Virus record (IMG/VR): IMGVR_UViG_3300042393_000213
Span: 1 to 31,009 of that record
Length of the DNA: 31,009 nt
From: a virus
Taxonomy: Duplodnaviria > Caudoviricetes
Reading direction: 5' to 3' (one strand)
Shown here: one piece after another, positions 5,948 to 15,987 of the stretch
Numbering within the stretch: position 1 is the first letter of the stretch
How the letters are laid out: the number at the start of each line of letters is the position of its first letter
Made by a program: the position numbers and the translations under genes
The notes under the pieces: generated by a model
Seen by the model: the letters and a program-made list of their open reading frames with translations, nothing else
Told to the model about the DNA's origin: nothing
Databases searched by the model: none

Positions 5948-7738
5948 TTAATTTGTATATCCCATTTTGTCCCAATACTCTTGTGTGTAACCTTTTGTAG
6001 GCATATCGCTTGGCTTCATAGAAACTTCTTTTTCGTTTCTTACTCTATATCCGTATCTTTCAGCTATTGCTATTGATAAAGGTTCTGCATTAGGGTTTGT
6101 AGGGTCTATTTTTGTTTCAAAACTTGCGTATGTTCTACGTAACCATTTATGGTTGCATCGAGGTCCGCCCTTCCAAAGCCATATAGAATATGTATCAGAA
6201 CCACCTTTTCCAAAACCTGAATTTACTACTTGTGATTCCATTGCAATAATATCTTCTTTACGATATACTTTTTTAGCACGTATCATTTTACTACAAAATT
6301 CACGTTCACCTGTTAAATTACCACTATAAACATATCTTGTAATAAATTGAACACCATCGATTACTTTATCTTGTTCAGGACTTTTAATTAATGGTTTTGC
6401 AGTTCCTGTAGAAGTGATAAATTTCCACATTTTAGATAATGTACTTTTCTTTTTATTATTTAAAGCATTTATTTCAGCATCTAATTCTTCTTCTGTATCG
6501 TAATCAACTTCTGTTTCATCAATTAAAAACCATTCATTGCTTAATTCTTCACCTTTTTCAATTAAAGCATCTGCAATACTTTCAGTAGATAAATTATGTG
6601 AACACATTTTAACACCTGTTTCTTCTTCCATTGTTTCGTTGTTCATTCCTGATACATCAACAAATTCTAAAGGTTGTATTGTTTTAAAATATAATTTTAA
6701 TGAAATACTATTAACAGCTAATATTTCATCAATAGCATCGATTATTTCTAATTGGTATGGTTTAATAACTATATTATCAAATAATAAAGTAGCAGTTTTA
6801 ATTTCATCTGCATTGTTACCAAGCCCACCATCACCTGTTCTAATACCTAAAAGCATCGGTGAAGTAACTCTATGACCTACAATTAATTTATCAAAACATT
6901 CTTTAGATAAATATTCGTAATGTGCAGGTGCATCGTTTAATGGTAAATCTTCAACTGTAGTTTTACTTTCTGCATTAGCGTTAAAAGCAATAATAACTTT
7001 TTCGCCTCTTGCACCTGTTAATTTACCCATTACATCACGCTTCATTTTATCACGCATTTCTTCTGAAGGAATACCATTATTGAAGTTAATTACTTTTGTA
7101 CCACTAAAACCATTTTGTACATCGTTTATTTGATAATCAGCAATATTTTCTTCTAATAAAGCATAAGGTAAAGAACCTGAATAATCTATTGGCGAATAAT
7201 AATCAAAACCAGATACATAAGGTTGTATTACATAAATTTCAACTTCATTTCCGTTACCAAAACCAAAAGCAGGAATTCGTTTTGCTTCTTCACTTGGTTT
7301 TTTCTTTGTCCAATCGTGATGATAATACCAAGCTTCAATCTGTCCTTTATCATTACATTTTTCAGCACGTAAAGTTTGCATAGGAAAATGAAGAACTTGT
7401 TTAACTAAATTCTTTTGCTTTACTACCTGCATTGATGCCATTCCTAATAACTTACGTTCTAAAGCTATTTTACGCAAATCTGAATCTTTAATTATAGATT
7501 TCATTTGTGCGTATTCATTTGGCTTTTTGTTAGAATCTAAAGCATCTAAACCTTTACCATAAATCATATTTGCAATACCTGTAATAATTGCACCATTTGT
7601 AGCAGAATATAAATATCTATCAATTAAATATTGAAAGTAATTATTATCACTTCCATATTCAATATAGCTATTCTTTTTATTTTCCTGAATTACAGGGCTT
7701 GTATAAGCACTTAAATTTACTATTGATATATTACTCAT
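5948..7738 (-). CDS. Portal protein with C-terminal MuF/minor-capsid-like extension
   Basis: YIEYGSDNNYFQYLIDRY, IVGHRVTSPMLLGI, GLGNNADE, IKPYQ portal-like motifs; C-terminal REFC...KGGPRCNHKW. Confidence 0.8.
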   Translation of the reverse strand: MSNISIVNLSAYTSPVIQENKKNSYIEYGSDNNYFQYLIDRYLYSATNGAIITGIANMIYGKGLDALDSNKKPNEYAQMKSIIKDSDLRKIALERKLLGMASMQVVKQKNLVKQVLHFPMQTLRAEKCNDKGQIEAWYYHHDWTKKKPSEEAKRIPAFGFGNGNEVEIYVIQPYVSGFDYYSPIDYSGSLPYALLEENIADYQINDVQNGFSGTKVINFNNGIPSEEMRDKMKRDVMGKLTGARGEKVIIAFNANAESKTTVEDLPLNDAPAHYEYLSKECFDKLIVGHRVTSPMLLGIRTGDGGLGNNADEIKTATLLFDNIVIKPYQLEIIDAIDEILAVNSISLKLYFKTIQPLEFVDVSGMNNETMEEETGVKMCSHNLSTESIADALIEKGEELSNEWFLIDETEVDYDTEEELDAEINALNNKKKSTLSKMWKFITSTGTAKPLIKSPEQDKVIDGVQFITRYVYSGNLTGEREFCSKMIRAKKVYRKEDIIAMESQVVNSGFGKGGSDTYSIWLWKGGPRCNHKWLRRTYASFETKIDPTNPNAEPLSIAIAERYGYRVRNEKEVSMKPSDMPTKGYTQEYWDKMGYTN

Positions 7739-8060
7739 AAATTATAAATTCGTTGTTTGTAACGTTTGCTACATATTGATTTTGGTTTACTGTATAAGTA
7801 TCGTTTGCTTGATTTGTACAAAAGATAATATCTTTGTAAACTATATTTGCACCATTTTTAATTGTTAAATTATAAAAAGTATTTTCTTTTAAATCAAAAA
7901 TAGTTGTAGTAGTTAAATAATAACTTGATAAAGCAAATGTGGCAGAAATTGTAGTTTCTTCATTTGTTGTTTCATTTCTTAAAACAATAGTATTAGCACT
8001 ATATACTCTTGGTATAAATGTTAATGTTTGTGCTGTAGCTTGTTCTTTTAAAATTATCAT
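7731..8060 (-). CDS. Putative structural protein (beta-rich)
   Basis: Between major tail and portal genes; late motif upstream. Confidence 0.65.
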   Translation of the reverse strand: MIILKEQATAQTLTFIPRVYSANTIVLRNETTNEETTISATFALSSYYLTTTTIFDLKENTFYNLTIKNGANIVYKDIIFCTNQANDTYTVNQNQYVANVTNNEFIIYE

Positions 8061-8072
8061 AAACTATATTTA

Positions 8073-8103
8073 TATATTAATAATTTAAATTCAAAATTGT
8101 TTT
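8073..8103 (-). promoter_or_regulatory. Candidate late promoter AAAACAA-N13-TTATTAATATA
   Basis: One of five fixed-spacing copies; directly after a terminator. Confidence 0.65.
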
Positions 8104-8108
8104 AAAAC

Positions 8109-8142
8109 AAAAAAGGATGTTATATAAATAACACCCTCTTTT
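8109..8142 (-). terminator. Intrinsic terminator after major tail gene
   Basis: AGGGTGTTAT/ATAACATCCT stem plus T run. Confidence 0.85.
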
Positions 8143-8163
8143 AAAAAAAAACAAATAATAATA

Positions 8164-8706
8164 TTATGCTACAGTACCTTCAACAATAGAAGATAAAATT
8201 CCTGTAGTTAATGGACCTGTTACAAAGTTTGCAGGCACGGGCTCCATTCCTTGGAATTCCATAGAATAACCAGACAAATCTCCCATAGCGGCACCTGTAG
8301 AAATAGTTGAAGTAACTAAATCCATTCCTTTAGTTAAACCAGCCATAAAGAAGTTTCCGTTGTTATCTTCAATGATAACTTGAGGACGTCCATAAGAAAG
8401 TAATTTTAATTGCTTGTGATCTGCAATAGTTAATTTCTTAATGCTTAAAGTTAATTTTTGGTCTACAAATGTAGTACCATTTTCTCTAGATGAAGTTACA
8501 GTTTGTTCAAATGTTGAAGTTCCTTTTAATTCATATTTGTAACCAATAGGCGTACCACCTAAAGCTGTAATTACATCTTCTTGTCCTGCAGTTGCAGAAT
8601 AAGTTACTGTTGTAGCATCACCCCAATTTATGAAGTATGCGGCTCTTAAACCACCGATTGAATTTTTACATTGTTCGGCTCTTCCTAATGATATATCGCA
8701 AGGCAT
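8164..8706 (-). CDS. Major tail (tube) protein
   Basis: 180 aa, C...IGG N-terminus, SSRENGTTFVDQ, GDLSGY...F.G.E; bracketed by terminators after the capsid gene. Confidence 0.7.
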   Translation of the reverse strand: MPCDISLGRAEQCKNSIGGLRAAYFINWGDATTVTYSATAGQEDVITALGGTPIGYKYELKGTSTFEQTVTSSRENGTTFVDQKLTLSIKKLTIADHKQLKLLSYGRPQVIIEDNNGNFFMAGLTKGMDLVTSTISTGAAMGDLSGYSMEFQGMEPVPANFVTGPLTTGILSSIVEGTVA

Positions 8707-8726
8707 ATTTTTATATTTTAAAAGTT

Positions 8727-8757
8727 AAAAAAAAGGGAAGGCATTTTACCTCCCCTT
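8727..8757 (-). terminator. Intrinsic terminator after major capsid gene
   Basis: GGGGAGGT/GCCTTCCC stem plus T8. Confidence 0.85.
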
Positions 8758-8779
8758 ATTTATATAAACTAAGTTAGTA

Positions 8780-9733
8780 TTAGTTAGCGGCGTTTGTAAT
8801 TCCGTATGTTACAATATCTTCTACATTAGCGTATTGTACACCTGCAGTAAAACGCATAACAACTCTTACGTTTTCAGAACCATCGATATCAGCCATATCA
8901 ATTACTTTTACTTCATTGTAATCAGATAATAAACCTGTACCGAAATATAAGTTAGATTTTTGAGCCGCAATAGCAACGTTAGAAGCTAAACCATTTGCAA
9001 CAAAGATTTTAACACCATCAAAAGACAATGAACCATTATTGAACCATTGTGTACCTTGTGTATTAGTACCATTAGCACCTAAACCAGAAGCACCGAATCC
9101 ACCTAAAGCACGAACATATGCTCTTGCGATGTTTTGAGAAACATAGATGTATAAATCTTCTTTTCCGTAAAGTGAGGCAGGAATTGCATCAACGATTTTT
9201 CCTAATTCAGTAATTACGTTTGCGGCAGTTACAGTAGTTCCAGCAACTTCATTAGCAGTAGGTAAAGCGGCATCTAAAGTTAATAATCTTGTGAATCCGT
9301 TGAACTCACCAGCATTAGCAGTAACACCTCTCCAGATGTTTTGTTCTGTTTTTTCAGCAACTTTAGAAGCTACGTGAGCCAATAAGAAATCAGCAAAAGC
9401 AGGAGGCAAAGAATCAAATGCAGAATAACCCATTTGAACCGCTTCCCAATCAGATTTAAATGAAGATTTACAAAGTTGTAAATTTACTTGAAATTCCTCA
9501 GGTTGTAAAATTCTTTCAGTTAAAGTAACTGTAGAAGTAGCATCAAAATCACAAGTAGCATCTTTAACGATGGCATCTGTAGCAACTTTTTTAAGAACTT
9601 CTTTAAATTTTACGTTTGGTTTAACTTCGATCCCACCATTTGCAATAGTAGAACCTGACAATAATGCGGCAGAAACATATTTTCCTGCGAACTCACCTGC
9701 ATAGGTAGTAGTGATACTTGTAGTAGTAGCCAT
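8780..9733 (-). CDS. Major capsid protein
   Basis: 317 aa after scaffold; EQNIWRG...FNGF, NLYFGTGLLSD, RVVMRFTAGVQY; strong codon bias. Confidence 0.88.
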   Translation of the reverse strand: MATTTSITTTYAGEFAGKYVSAALLSGSTIANGGIEVKPNVKFKEVLKKVATDAIVKDATCDFDATSTVTLTERILQPEEFQVNLQLCKSSFKSDWEAVQMGYSAFDSLPPAFADFLLAHVASKVAEKTEQNIWRGVTANAGEFNGFTRLLTLDAALPTANEVAGTTVTAANVITELGKIVDAIPASLYGKEDLYIYVSQNIARAYVRALGGFGASGLGANGTNTQGTQWFNNGSLSFDGVKIFVANGLASNVAIAAQKSNLYFGTGLLSDYNEVKVIDMADIDGSENVRVVMRFTAGVQYANVEDIVTYGITNAAN

Positions 9734-9739
9734 AATTTA

Positions 9740-10291
9740 TTAATTAAAAAGTTTTGACATAACTATATCTTGTGTAGTTAATTGTCGATTAGATGAAAAT
9801 TTATTTAGTTTTACTTCGTTTTTAACTTCAGGTGAGTGTGTTAATGGTTCAACAACTACATCTGAACTTAATTCTTCTTTAACAACTTCTTTTGCTAGTT
9901 TTAATTCAGCAATTTCAGTTCTTAATTTTTCAATTTCTGCAAAAAACATTTCTTTAGAAACTGATTCAATAATTCTTTTAGGACTAGAAACTGATTCTGC
10001 TTGTGCTTCAACTTCTACTTCAACTTCTGCTTCTGGAGTTTCTTCAACTTCTGCAACAGGTTCTTTAATTTCAGCAATAATACCTTCAACGGCTACTACT
10101 AAAATCATACCATCTTCTAATTCGTATTCTCCAACTGGCATAGGAATTCTGTCCTCACCATTAACAATAAAAACAGGGTTTTCCATTTCAAAAGCTTCTG
10201 CTTCTATAATAGTAACTCCATCTTTAAGTTTCATTTGAGCAAGTTTTACTTCCATACCCAAAAGAGTTTTGATTTCATTAATTACATTCAT
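9740..10291 (-). CDS. Capsid scaffolding protein
   Basis: Acidic, PVGEYELEDG motif, coiled coil, immediately upstream of MCP. Confidence 0.72.
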   Translation of the reverse strand: MNVINEIKTLLGMEVKLAQMKLKDGVTIIEAEAFEMENPVFIVNGEDRIPMPVGEYELEDGMILVVAVEGIIAEIKEPVAEVEETPEAEVEVEVEAQAESVSSPKRIIESVSKEMFFAEIEKLRTEIAELKLAKEVVKEELSSDVVVEPLTHSPEVKNEVKLNKFSSNRQLTTQDIVMSKLFN

Positions 10292-10306
10292 ATTTACTTA
10301 GGTTTA

Positions 10307-10714
10307 TTATAAATTTTTATATTCGCTAAATTCTTTATCTTCCGTATATACTTCTAATATATCTAATATTTTACTTAAAGGACTATAAGTAGGAATTGAT
10401 TTTACATCTAAACCTAAATCTTTTGCAGATGCTTCTGCTTTACTTAAAATTGAAGGAATTTTTTTCATAATTGATTCAGCAGAATTTATATTTTTTAAAG
10501 CTTCTGATTTCATCTTTTGACCTTGTGCAATAGCATCTGAAATTGCCTTATCTGCATTTCTTAATGAATTATTATCATTTCTTAATTTAGTCAACATTGC
10601 TTCTGATTCAGAAGTTAATTTAGCCATATCTTCTGATATACCTAATTCAATTTTTTGATTTGCTAATTCTGTTTTTCCAAATAAGGATTTAAATACCAAT
10701 TTTTCAGTTTGCAT
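10307..10714 (-). CDS. Helical coiled-coil protein, possible internal head protein
   Basis: In head operon behind a late motif; KTELA/KIELG N-terminal motifs. Confidence 0.65.
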   Translation of the reverse strand: MQTEKLVFKSLFGKTELANQKIELGISEDMAKLTSESEAMLTKLRNDNNSLRNADKAISDAIAQGQKMKSEALKNINSAESIMKKIPSILSKAEASAKDLGLDVKSIPTYSPLSKILDILEVYTEDKEFSEYKNL

Positions 10715-10726
10715 AATTTTATTTTT

Positions 10727-10757
10727 TATATTAATTAATGTTATTTATTTTTGTTAT
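10727..10757 (-). promoter_or_regulatory. Candidate late promoter ATAACAA-N13-TAATTAATATA
   Basis: Fixed-spacing motif copy upstream of scaffold/MCP operon. Confidence 0.6.
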
Positions 10758-10763
10758 AAATTA

Positions 10764-10946
10764 CTAACTTACATTTGTAATAACTCTTGCAGTATTTACA
10801 TTTGTAACTGAACTTGATTGCTGTGATACAGTTGAACCAATACCTTGTTCTTGTAATTCACCTTGGCAACATTCAGAACTATATTTTCCATCTTTACAAA
10901 GGCATCCTCTTTTTCCACCTTTAGGCGAACTTGTTTTATTTCCCAT
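10764..10946 (-). CDS. Small Cys-rich protein (GCLC...CC); start likely 10946 rather than 10970
   Basis: MGNKTSSPKGGKRGCLCKDGKYSSECCQG; start follows the protease stop. Confidence 0.7.
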   Translation of the reverse strand: MGNKTSSPKGGKRGCLCKDGKYSSECCQGELQEQGIGSTVSQQSSSVTNVNTARVITNVS

Positions 10947-10950
10947 AATT

Positions 10951-11541
10951 TTATTTATTAATTTCAGCATTACTTATTATTGATTTAATTTTTTCAATTA
11001 ATTCTAATTCTTTTTCGTTTTGCAAACTCATTTCTAATTTATCAGCGAAATAACCTTCAATAGAAAATCCTTTAACTTTACCTGTTTTAACAAAGTCATT
11101 CCAAATAACATCATTATTCACTTTCATTGAAACTACCCAAGAACCTACAGGTGCATCTAAACCATATTTTTTAGATTTGTCCATTTCTGCATCTTCAACA
11201 ATCCAAGATTCAACAACTGAAAGATCTTTTAATTCTTTTTGATGTTCTAATGTGGCATTGTTTTGATTTGAGTTCATTAAAAACAATTCACTTGCTTTAC
11301 GTACTGTTTCATCTGAAAAGAAAATGTAATATTCATCATTACCATTTCTTCTATAAATGTGCTTGTTAGGAATTAAAGCGGCACCCATTAAAATACGTTT
11401 TTCATCATCAACTTTTGCTAAAGCTAATTGTTGATTTAATGAAACAAAGTTAGATTCTATTGCAGGAAATTCTACTATTGAAACGGCATCTACTCCTGAA
11501 AGTTCTTCGTTTTCGTCTATTATTAATTCTATTATCTTCAT
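10951..11541 (-). CDS. XkdF-like putative prohead serine protease
   Basis: KRILMGAALIP, TLEH, VVESWIV, GSWVVSMKV, VKTGKVKGFSIEG. Confidence 0.85.
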   Translation of the reverse strand: MKIIELIIDENEELSGVDAVSIVEFPAIESNFVSLNQQLALAKVDDEKRILMGAALIPNKHIYRRNGNDEYYIFFSDETVRKASELFLMNSNQNNATLEHQKELKDLSVVESWIVEDAEMDKSKKYGLDAPVGSWVVSMKVNNDVIWNDFVKTGKVKGFSIEGYFADKLEMSLQNEKELELIEKIKSIISNAEINK

Positions 11542-11543
11542 AT

Positions 11544-11574
11544 TATTAAAATAAATTAAGTTTTGTTTTGTTTT
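11544..11574 (-). promoter_or_regulatory. Candidate late promoter AAAACAA-N13-TTATTTTAATA
   Basis: Fixed-spacing motif copy abutting protease start codon. Confidence 0.55.
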
Positions 11575-11576
11575 AA

Positions 11577-13484
11577 TTAACCCATTGAAGCGTTATTAAT
11601 GATATTTCTGTTCAATGCTTGCCCTGTTGTAACAGCACCTGCTACTACATACGCTTGTATAGGTTCCATATTTTGTTGTGCCATTCCTTGTGCAATTTGA
11701 TTTGCACCACCTTGACCTACTACGTTAAATTGAGGAGCTGCACCACCCGTTCCACCTGTAGCACCTGCACCACCACCACTCGGAGCACCACCACCACCTA
11801 AAGCAGATAACGCCTTTGAAGTAGCTGCAATATTCGCTGCAATACCTAAACCTGCAGAAACTTTATTCATTATCAATTTTGTACCTAAATAAATTGGCCC
11901 TGCTACAGGTCCCATAGTTGCAGCAGATACAGTATCAGCAGCATTAGCAGCTTGGGTAGAAATTACAATTTTTGCAATACCCATAGCACTTTCAGCAATT
12001 AATAAACCTTTTTGAACATCTTTATTTCCTTCAAACAATCCTTTTAATAAACCTATACCACCTTCTATATTTGCTAATGTAGCTTCCTGAATTGCTTTTT
12101 TACCCTCTGCAATAGCTTTTTCTTGTTCTAATAACTTTTCTTTAGTTTGAACTGCATTAAGAATTAAAGCATTATCAATTTCTTGTTTTTTAGTTGCATA
12201 TTCTAATTCTGCGTCTACCCTTGCTTGTGTTCCTAAAGCTGCAATATTTATATTATTTTGTAACCTTGTTAGTTCAATGTTTTTTTCTTCTTCTAAATTT
12301 GCTCTTTGCTGTTGTAATTTTTTAACCTCATCTTTTTCTAATTCTTCATTAAATTTCTTTTGCTCAATAGCTAAAGCATTTATACCTTCTATTTCGGTTT
12401 TATTTAAATCAACCTTTTCTTTTTGTAATGAAATACTATTTGCAATTTGCTCACTTCGTAAACCTTCAACTTGTGCTAAAACACCTTGCTTATTACCTAA
12501 AGCATTTGTTAATTCTACTTGGCTTTCAATAGTTTTATTTGCAGCATTAGTAGCAGCAGCCGCTTGAACTTGTAAATCAGCTTGCCTAATCATAGCTTGC
12601 TGTTGTTTTTCTAAAACACTTTTTAATTCATCATTTGCTTTAACTCTATCATCAATGCTTAATAAATCATTATCCCTAATTTGTCTTAATTTTTCAGCTT
12701 GCCTATCATATTGTTCAACTAAACGTGCTTGTTCTGCAGCAGCTAATTTCGCATTGTTTTGTAATGCTACATTTGCTTTTGCTTGTTCATAAGCAGCTTT
12801 AACAGATATTTTAGAAACTCCATCAATAGTACCTTCAACTACAGCACCTACCTCTTTTACAGCACCAACAAAATTTGTAGCTACTTTTTTTCCTGCATCT
12901 AAAGCATCTTTACCAACCTTTACAAGACTTTCTTTAGTGCCTTCAATTCTTTTATTTAATTCTGCAATTACTTTAGGGTCACCATCTCCAAAGAAACTTT
13001 GTTCCCAAGCTAATTTCGCTTCATCAATAGCTAATGAAATACCATAAAAAGCTGCTTTTAAAGGCGTTAATGATAAAGTTATAATACCACTTATTACTTT
13101 ACCTAAAGCAGAAAAACCATTAGAAGATTTACCAACCTTTTCAATAACTGAAACTAATACATTTACTACTTGTGTAAATACATTTGTGATAGTACCCATT
13201 ACAGCCCCAAAAGTATCAGCCACTTTTTGATTGCTCATAAATACATCTTTCAACATTGATAAAGCAGATATTAACAAGCCAATTCCCATAGCTTTAATAG
13301 CCAAACCTGCAGCTTTAAACCCTTCTGACATAGATTTAGCAGAATCTTCTGTTTTTTCTACATTCTTTTCTACTTTTTTAATTTCCTTAGTAGATTCCTC
13401 GAGCCCTGAATTAAGTTTTTTAACATCTTTAAGTAATTCATCAAAGTTGTTTTTAATTTCTAAATTTACTACTTTATTTTCCAT
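11577..13484 (-). CDS. Tail tape measure protein
   Basis: 635 aa, Ala-rich helical/coiled coil with hydrophobic AMGIGLLISAL segment. Confidence 0.82.
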   Translation of the reverse strand: MENKVVNLEIKNNFDELLKDVKKLNSGLEESTKEIKKVEKNVEKTEDSAKSMSEGFKAAGLAIKAMGIGLLISALSMLKDVFMSNQKVADTFGAVMGTITNVFTQVVNVLVSVIEKVGKSSNGFSALGKVISGIITLSLTPLKAAFYGISLAIDEAKLAWEQSFFGDGDPKVIAELNKRIEGTKESLVKVGKDALDAGKKVATNFVGAVKEVGAVVEGTIDGVSKISVKAAYEQAKANVALQNNAKLAAAEQARLVEQYDRQAEKLRQIRDNDLLSIDDRVKANDELKSVLEKQQQAMIRQADLQVQAAAATNAANKTIESQVELTNALGNKQGVLAQVEGLRSEQIANSISLQKEKVDLNKTEIEGINALAIEQKKFNEELEKDEVKKLQQQRANLEEEKNIELTRLQNNINIAALGTQARVDAELEYATKKQEIDNALILNAVQTKEKLLEQEKAIAEGKKAIQEATLANIEGGIGLLKGLFEGNKDVQKGLLIAESAMGIAKIVISTQAANAADTVSAATMGPVAGPIYLGTKLIMNKVSAGLGIAANIAATSKALSALGGGGAPSGGGAGATGGTGGAAPQFNVVGQGGANQIAQGMAQQNMEPIQAYVVAGAVTTGQALNRNIINNASMG

Positions 13485-13615
13485 TGTCTTTTTACTTGTT
13501 CAAAACCTTGTTTCCAAGAAGTTACTAATTTATATTTCCCTTTTGCTATTTCTATTATTTCACTTTGTCCGTAATGTGTGTGTAGTGATAATAATTCTAA
13601 AATGTTTTTTATCAT
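13469..13615 (-). CDS. Hypothetical 48-aa protein (MIKNILELLS...IEIAKGKYKL...), not in ORF track
   Basis: Hand translation; ATGA overlap with upstream tail gene, overlaps TMP start. Confidence 0.75.
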   Translation of the reverse strand: MIKNILELLSLHTHYGQSEIIEIAKGKYKLVTSWKQGFEQVKRQWKIK

Positions 13616-15987
13616 ATTGCTGTTTGTGTGAAACTTATGTATTGTGTTGTTTGTAAAATACCACCTATATAATATTCAATTCCTATTCTATCAACTCTAT
13701 CTAAACCACTTCCGTTTGCAGGAATAGTAACTGTTAAAGAAATATCGTTTAAATTATCTAATGTTGGTGTATAAACTAAAAAGTTTTCTGCACCTTTTAA
13801 AGAAAAGCTATCATAGTCATTTAAATAAATAACTTCTTCTAATACTTGTGCTGTATTATCTACCTGCACATTATCATAACTTGCAAATCTATAGCCTACA
13901 GAACTTGCAGCGTTCAAACCTCTATAGTCTGTAATTAATTCTAAACTTGCTTCACCTGTTGTTAAATCGGTAGTCATATTATTAATAATATACCTTTTGT
14001 TTCTAATTATTAACCTATCATTTAAAGCTATACCTAATGACCTATTTGAACCATTTGTAACAGATGAATTTAACAAACTTGTAGGAAATAATGCTTTACA
14101 TTTAATAACTCTTGTTTTGATGTTATATAAATTATCTACATAGTTTTTATAGTGTCTAAAATACAGCCCTTGTGGTGCTAAAACATTATACCAAGGCGAT
14201 TGTTCGTTTCCAAAGTTCATAGACATTAAATACGTATATGTTAAATCAGTAGGTACACTATTATATTCATTTGAAAATCTAATATAATTATCTATGTGTG
14301 ATGTTCCTGTTTCTGTTGTAACGTGTATTCTATCTGAACCGGTTAAATCAGTTCTTAATTCGCCATTGTTATAAATTAACATTGGTTTTGGTGTATATGG
14401 TTTTAAATCTTTATCTATTAAAGTAGCAGTTTCAAAATTATAACCTGTAGCTTTTTCAAATAAAACATTTTCAAATGGTAGTTTAATATCGTAATTTGCA
14501 CTTTCGTTTGAATTAGTATTGGTATAAATTAAATCACCATATTCCTTATTATATAAACCTCTGTAAGCGTTGTTTAAAATGTTATTACTTTTTTCATATT
14601 GTAAGTTTATTGCCTTAAATAATTTAGGGCGTTCTATTTCCATTTCATCTGCATAAACATATTTTGTTATATCTAATATTTTACCTGCATTATAATACAT
14701 TTCTAAAGGTAAAAATTCAAATGTATTTACATCTTTAGGTATAATCATTAAATTAAACGCTTTAATAATACCTGTAATAAAATCATTAATAGTAATATCC
14801 GGCACATAATCATTTAAATCAATTCTACCTGAAGTTGTTTGTGAACCACTACCTGCACGTACTGTTACAACGCTTGAAGTACGTGAAGGAAAATGATTTA
14901 TAAAACTTCTCATATAATGCAATTCTGTTGTAAAATCAAAATTTGAATTAGAACTAATTTTAACTGTATAGGTATAATTAGCACCCTGCACATCTGCATA
15001 ACCAAAATCATCTAATTGGCATTGTGAACTTCCAACGCATTGATAGGTACGATATAATAAATAGTTTTTAAAAATATAAACAGTATAATTAACTGCACCG
15101 AATCCTGAATTAGGTGTTACAAATATATCAGATGTTATACGTGCTGAAAATGATGGTGAAGTAGTAGGTGCAAAATTCCAATTAGTTGTAAGTACATTTG
15201 TAGTTAAATTTAATTCAGGAAAAGGACCTGCAAGAATAGTGCTAAAATCTACCATTAATTGTTCGGTAGTATATGTAATTACCTCACTATTTTTAAGATA
15301 TAAATATAAATTATTCCATTGGTCTAAACTAAAGAAACTACCTGTAAATGTAACTCCGTATTTAGTCTGTATAAATTCAAATACTTTCCATAAAGGGACG
15401 GCAGGAAACAACTCATTCCATTGAATAGCACCTGCAGTTTGAGTAATATCTTCGTGTGATGCACCTGATTTATAATAGAATTTTCTACGTGAACCAATTA
15501 AAGGGTAACTAACTAAATAACTTGTACCTGTAGGGTTTATTCTATTAATTATATTTGTTGAATTATAAGTATGATTTAAACTACTAAAATCTAAAGTATT
15601 TAATTTATCATCTTTAAATTTATCTTTTAATTGCGTTAAGTTACCATAAAACGTAACAGTATAACTTTCAATAAATCCGTTCTTTTTATTTGCTTTTTCT
15701 AATTGTATATTTCCCTTCTTAAATAAAACTGAATCTATTTTAATATAAGCGTCATATCTTCTTCGGTGGTCGTAACCATTATCTAAAGAACTTTCGTACC
15801 AATGTGATAGAATTTTATTGTTCTTTTTAGATGCAGGTATAGTAAACGATTGTGAAAAGTCAGTATAGATTTTTCCTAAATCATTGAAATTAGAAACAGC
15901 ACTTGTAACAGATATTTTTTCATCGTTAAATAAATCTAATCTTTTTGAAGTTGTATCGGTATAAATATAAAGTGAAACTACATTCAT
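13612..15987 (-). CDS. Large tail tip / hub protein
   Basis: 791 aa beta-rich; N-terminal DFSQSFTIPASKKNNKI motif; adjacent to TMP. Confidence 0.7.
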   Translation of the reverse strand: MNVVSLYIYTDTTSKRLDLFNDEKISVTSAVSNFNDLGKIYTDFSQSFTIPASKKNNKILSHWYESSLDNGYDHRRRYDAYIKIDSVLFKKGNIQLEKANKKNGFIESYTVTFYGNLTQLKDKFKDDKLNTLDFSSLNHTYNSTNIINRINPTGTSYLVSYPLIGSRRKFYYKSGASHEDITQTAGAIQWNELFPAVPLWKVFEFIQTKYGVTFTGSFFSLDQWNNLYLYLKNSEVITYTTEQLMVDFSTILAGPFPELNLTTNVLTTNWNFAPTTSPSFSARITSDIFVTPNSGFGAVNYTVYIFKNYLLYRTYQCVGSSQCQLDDFGYADVQGANYTYTVKISSNSNFDFTTELHYMRSFINHFPSRTSSVVTVRAGSGSQTTSGRIDLNDYVPDITINDFITGIIKAFNLMIIPKDVNTFEFLPLEMYYNAGKILDITKYVYADEMEIERPKLFKAINLQYEKSNNILNNAYRGLYNKEYGDLIYTNTNSNESANYDIKLPFENVLFEKATGYNFETATLIDKDLKPYTPKPMLIYNNGELRTDLTGSDRIHVTTETGTSHIDNYIRFSNEYNSVPTDLTYTYLMSMNFGNEQSPWYNVLAPQGLYFRHYKNYVDNLYNIKTRVIKCKALFPTSLLNSSVTNGSNRSLGIALNDRLIIRNKRYIINNMTTDLTTGEASLELITDYRGLNAASSVGYRFASYDNVQVDNTAQVLEEVIYLNDYDSFSLKGAENFLVYTPTLDNLNDISLTVTIPANGSGLDRVDRIGIEYYIGGILQTTQYISFTQTAI

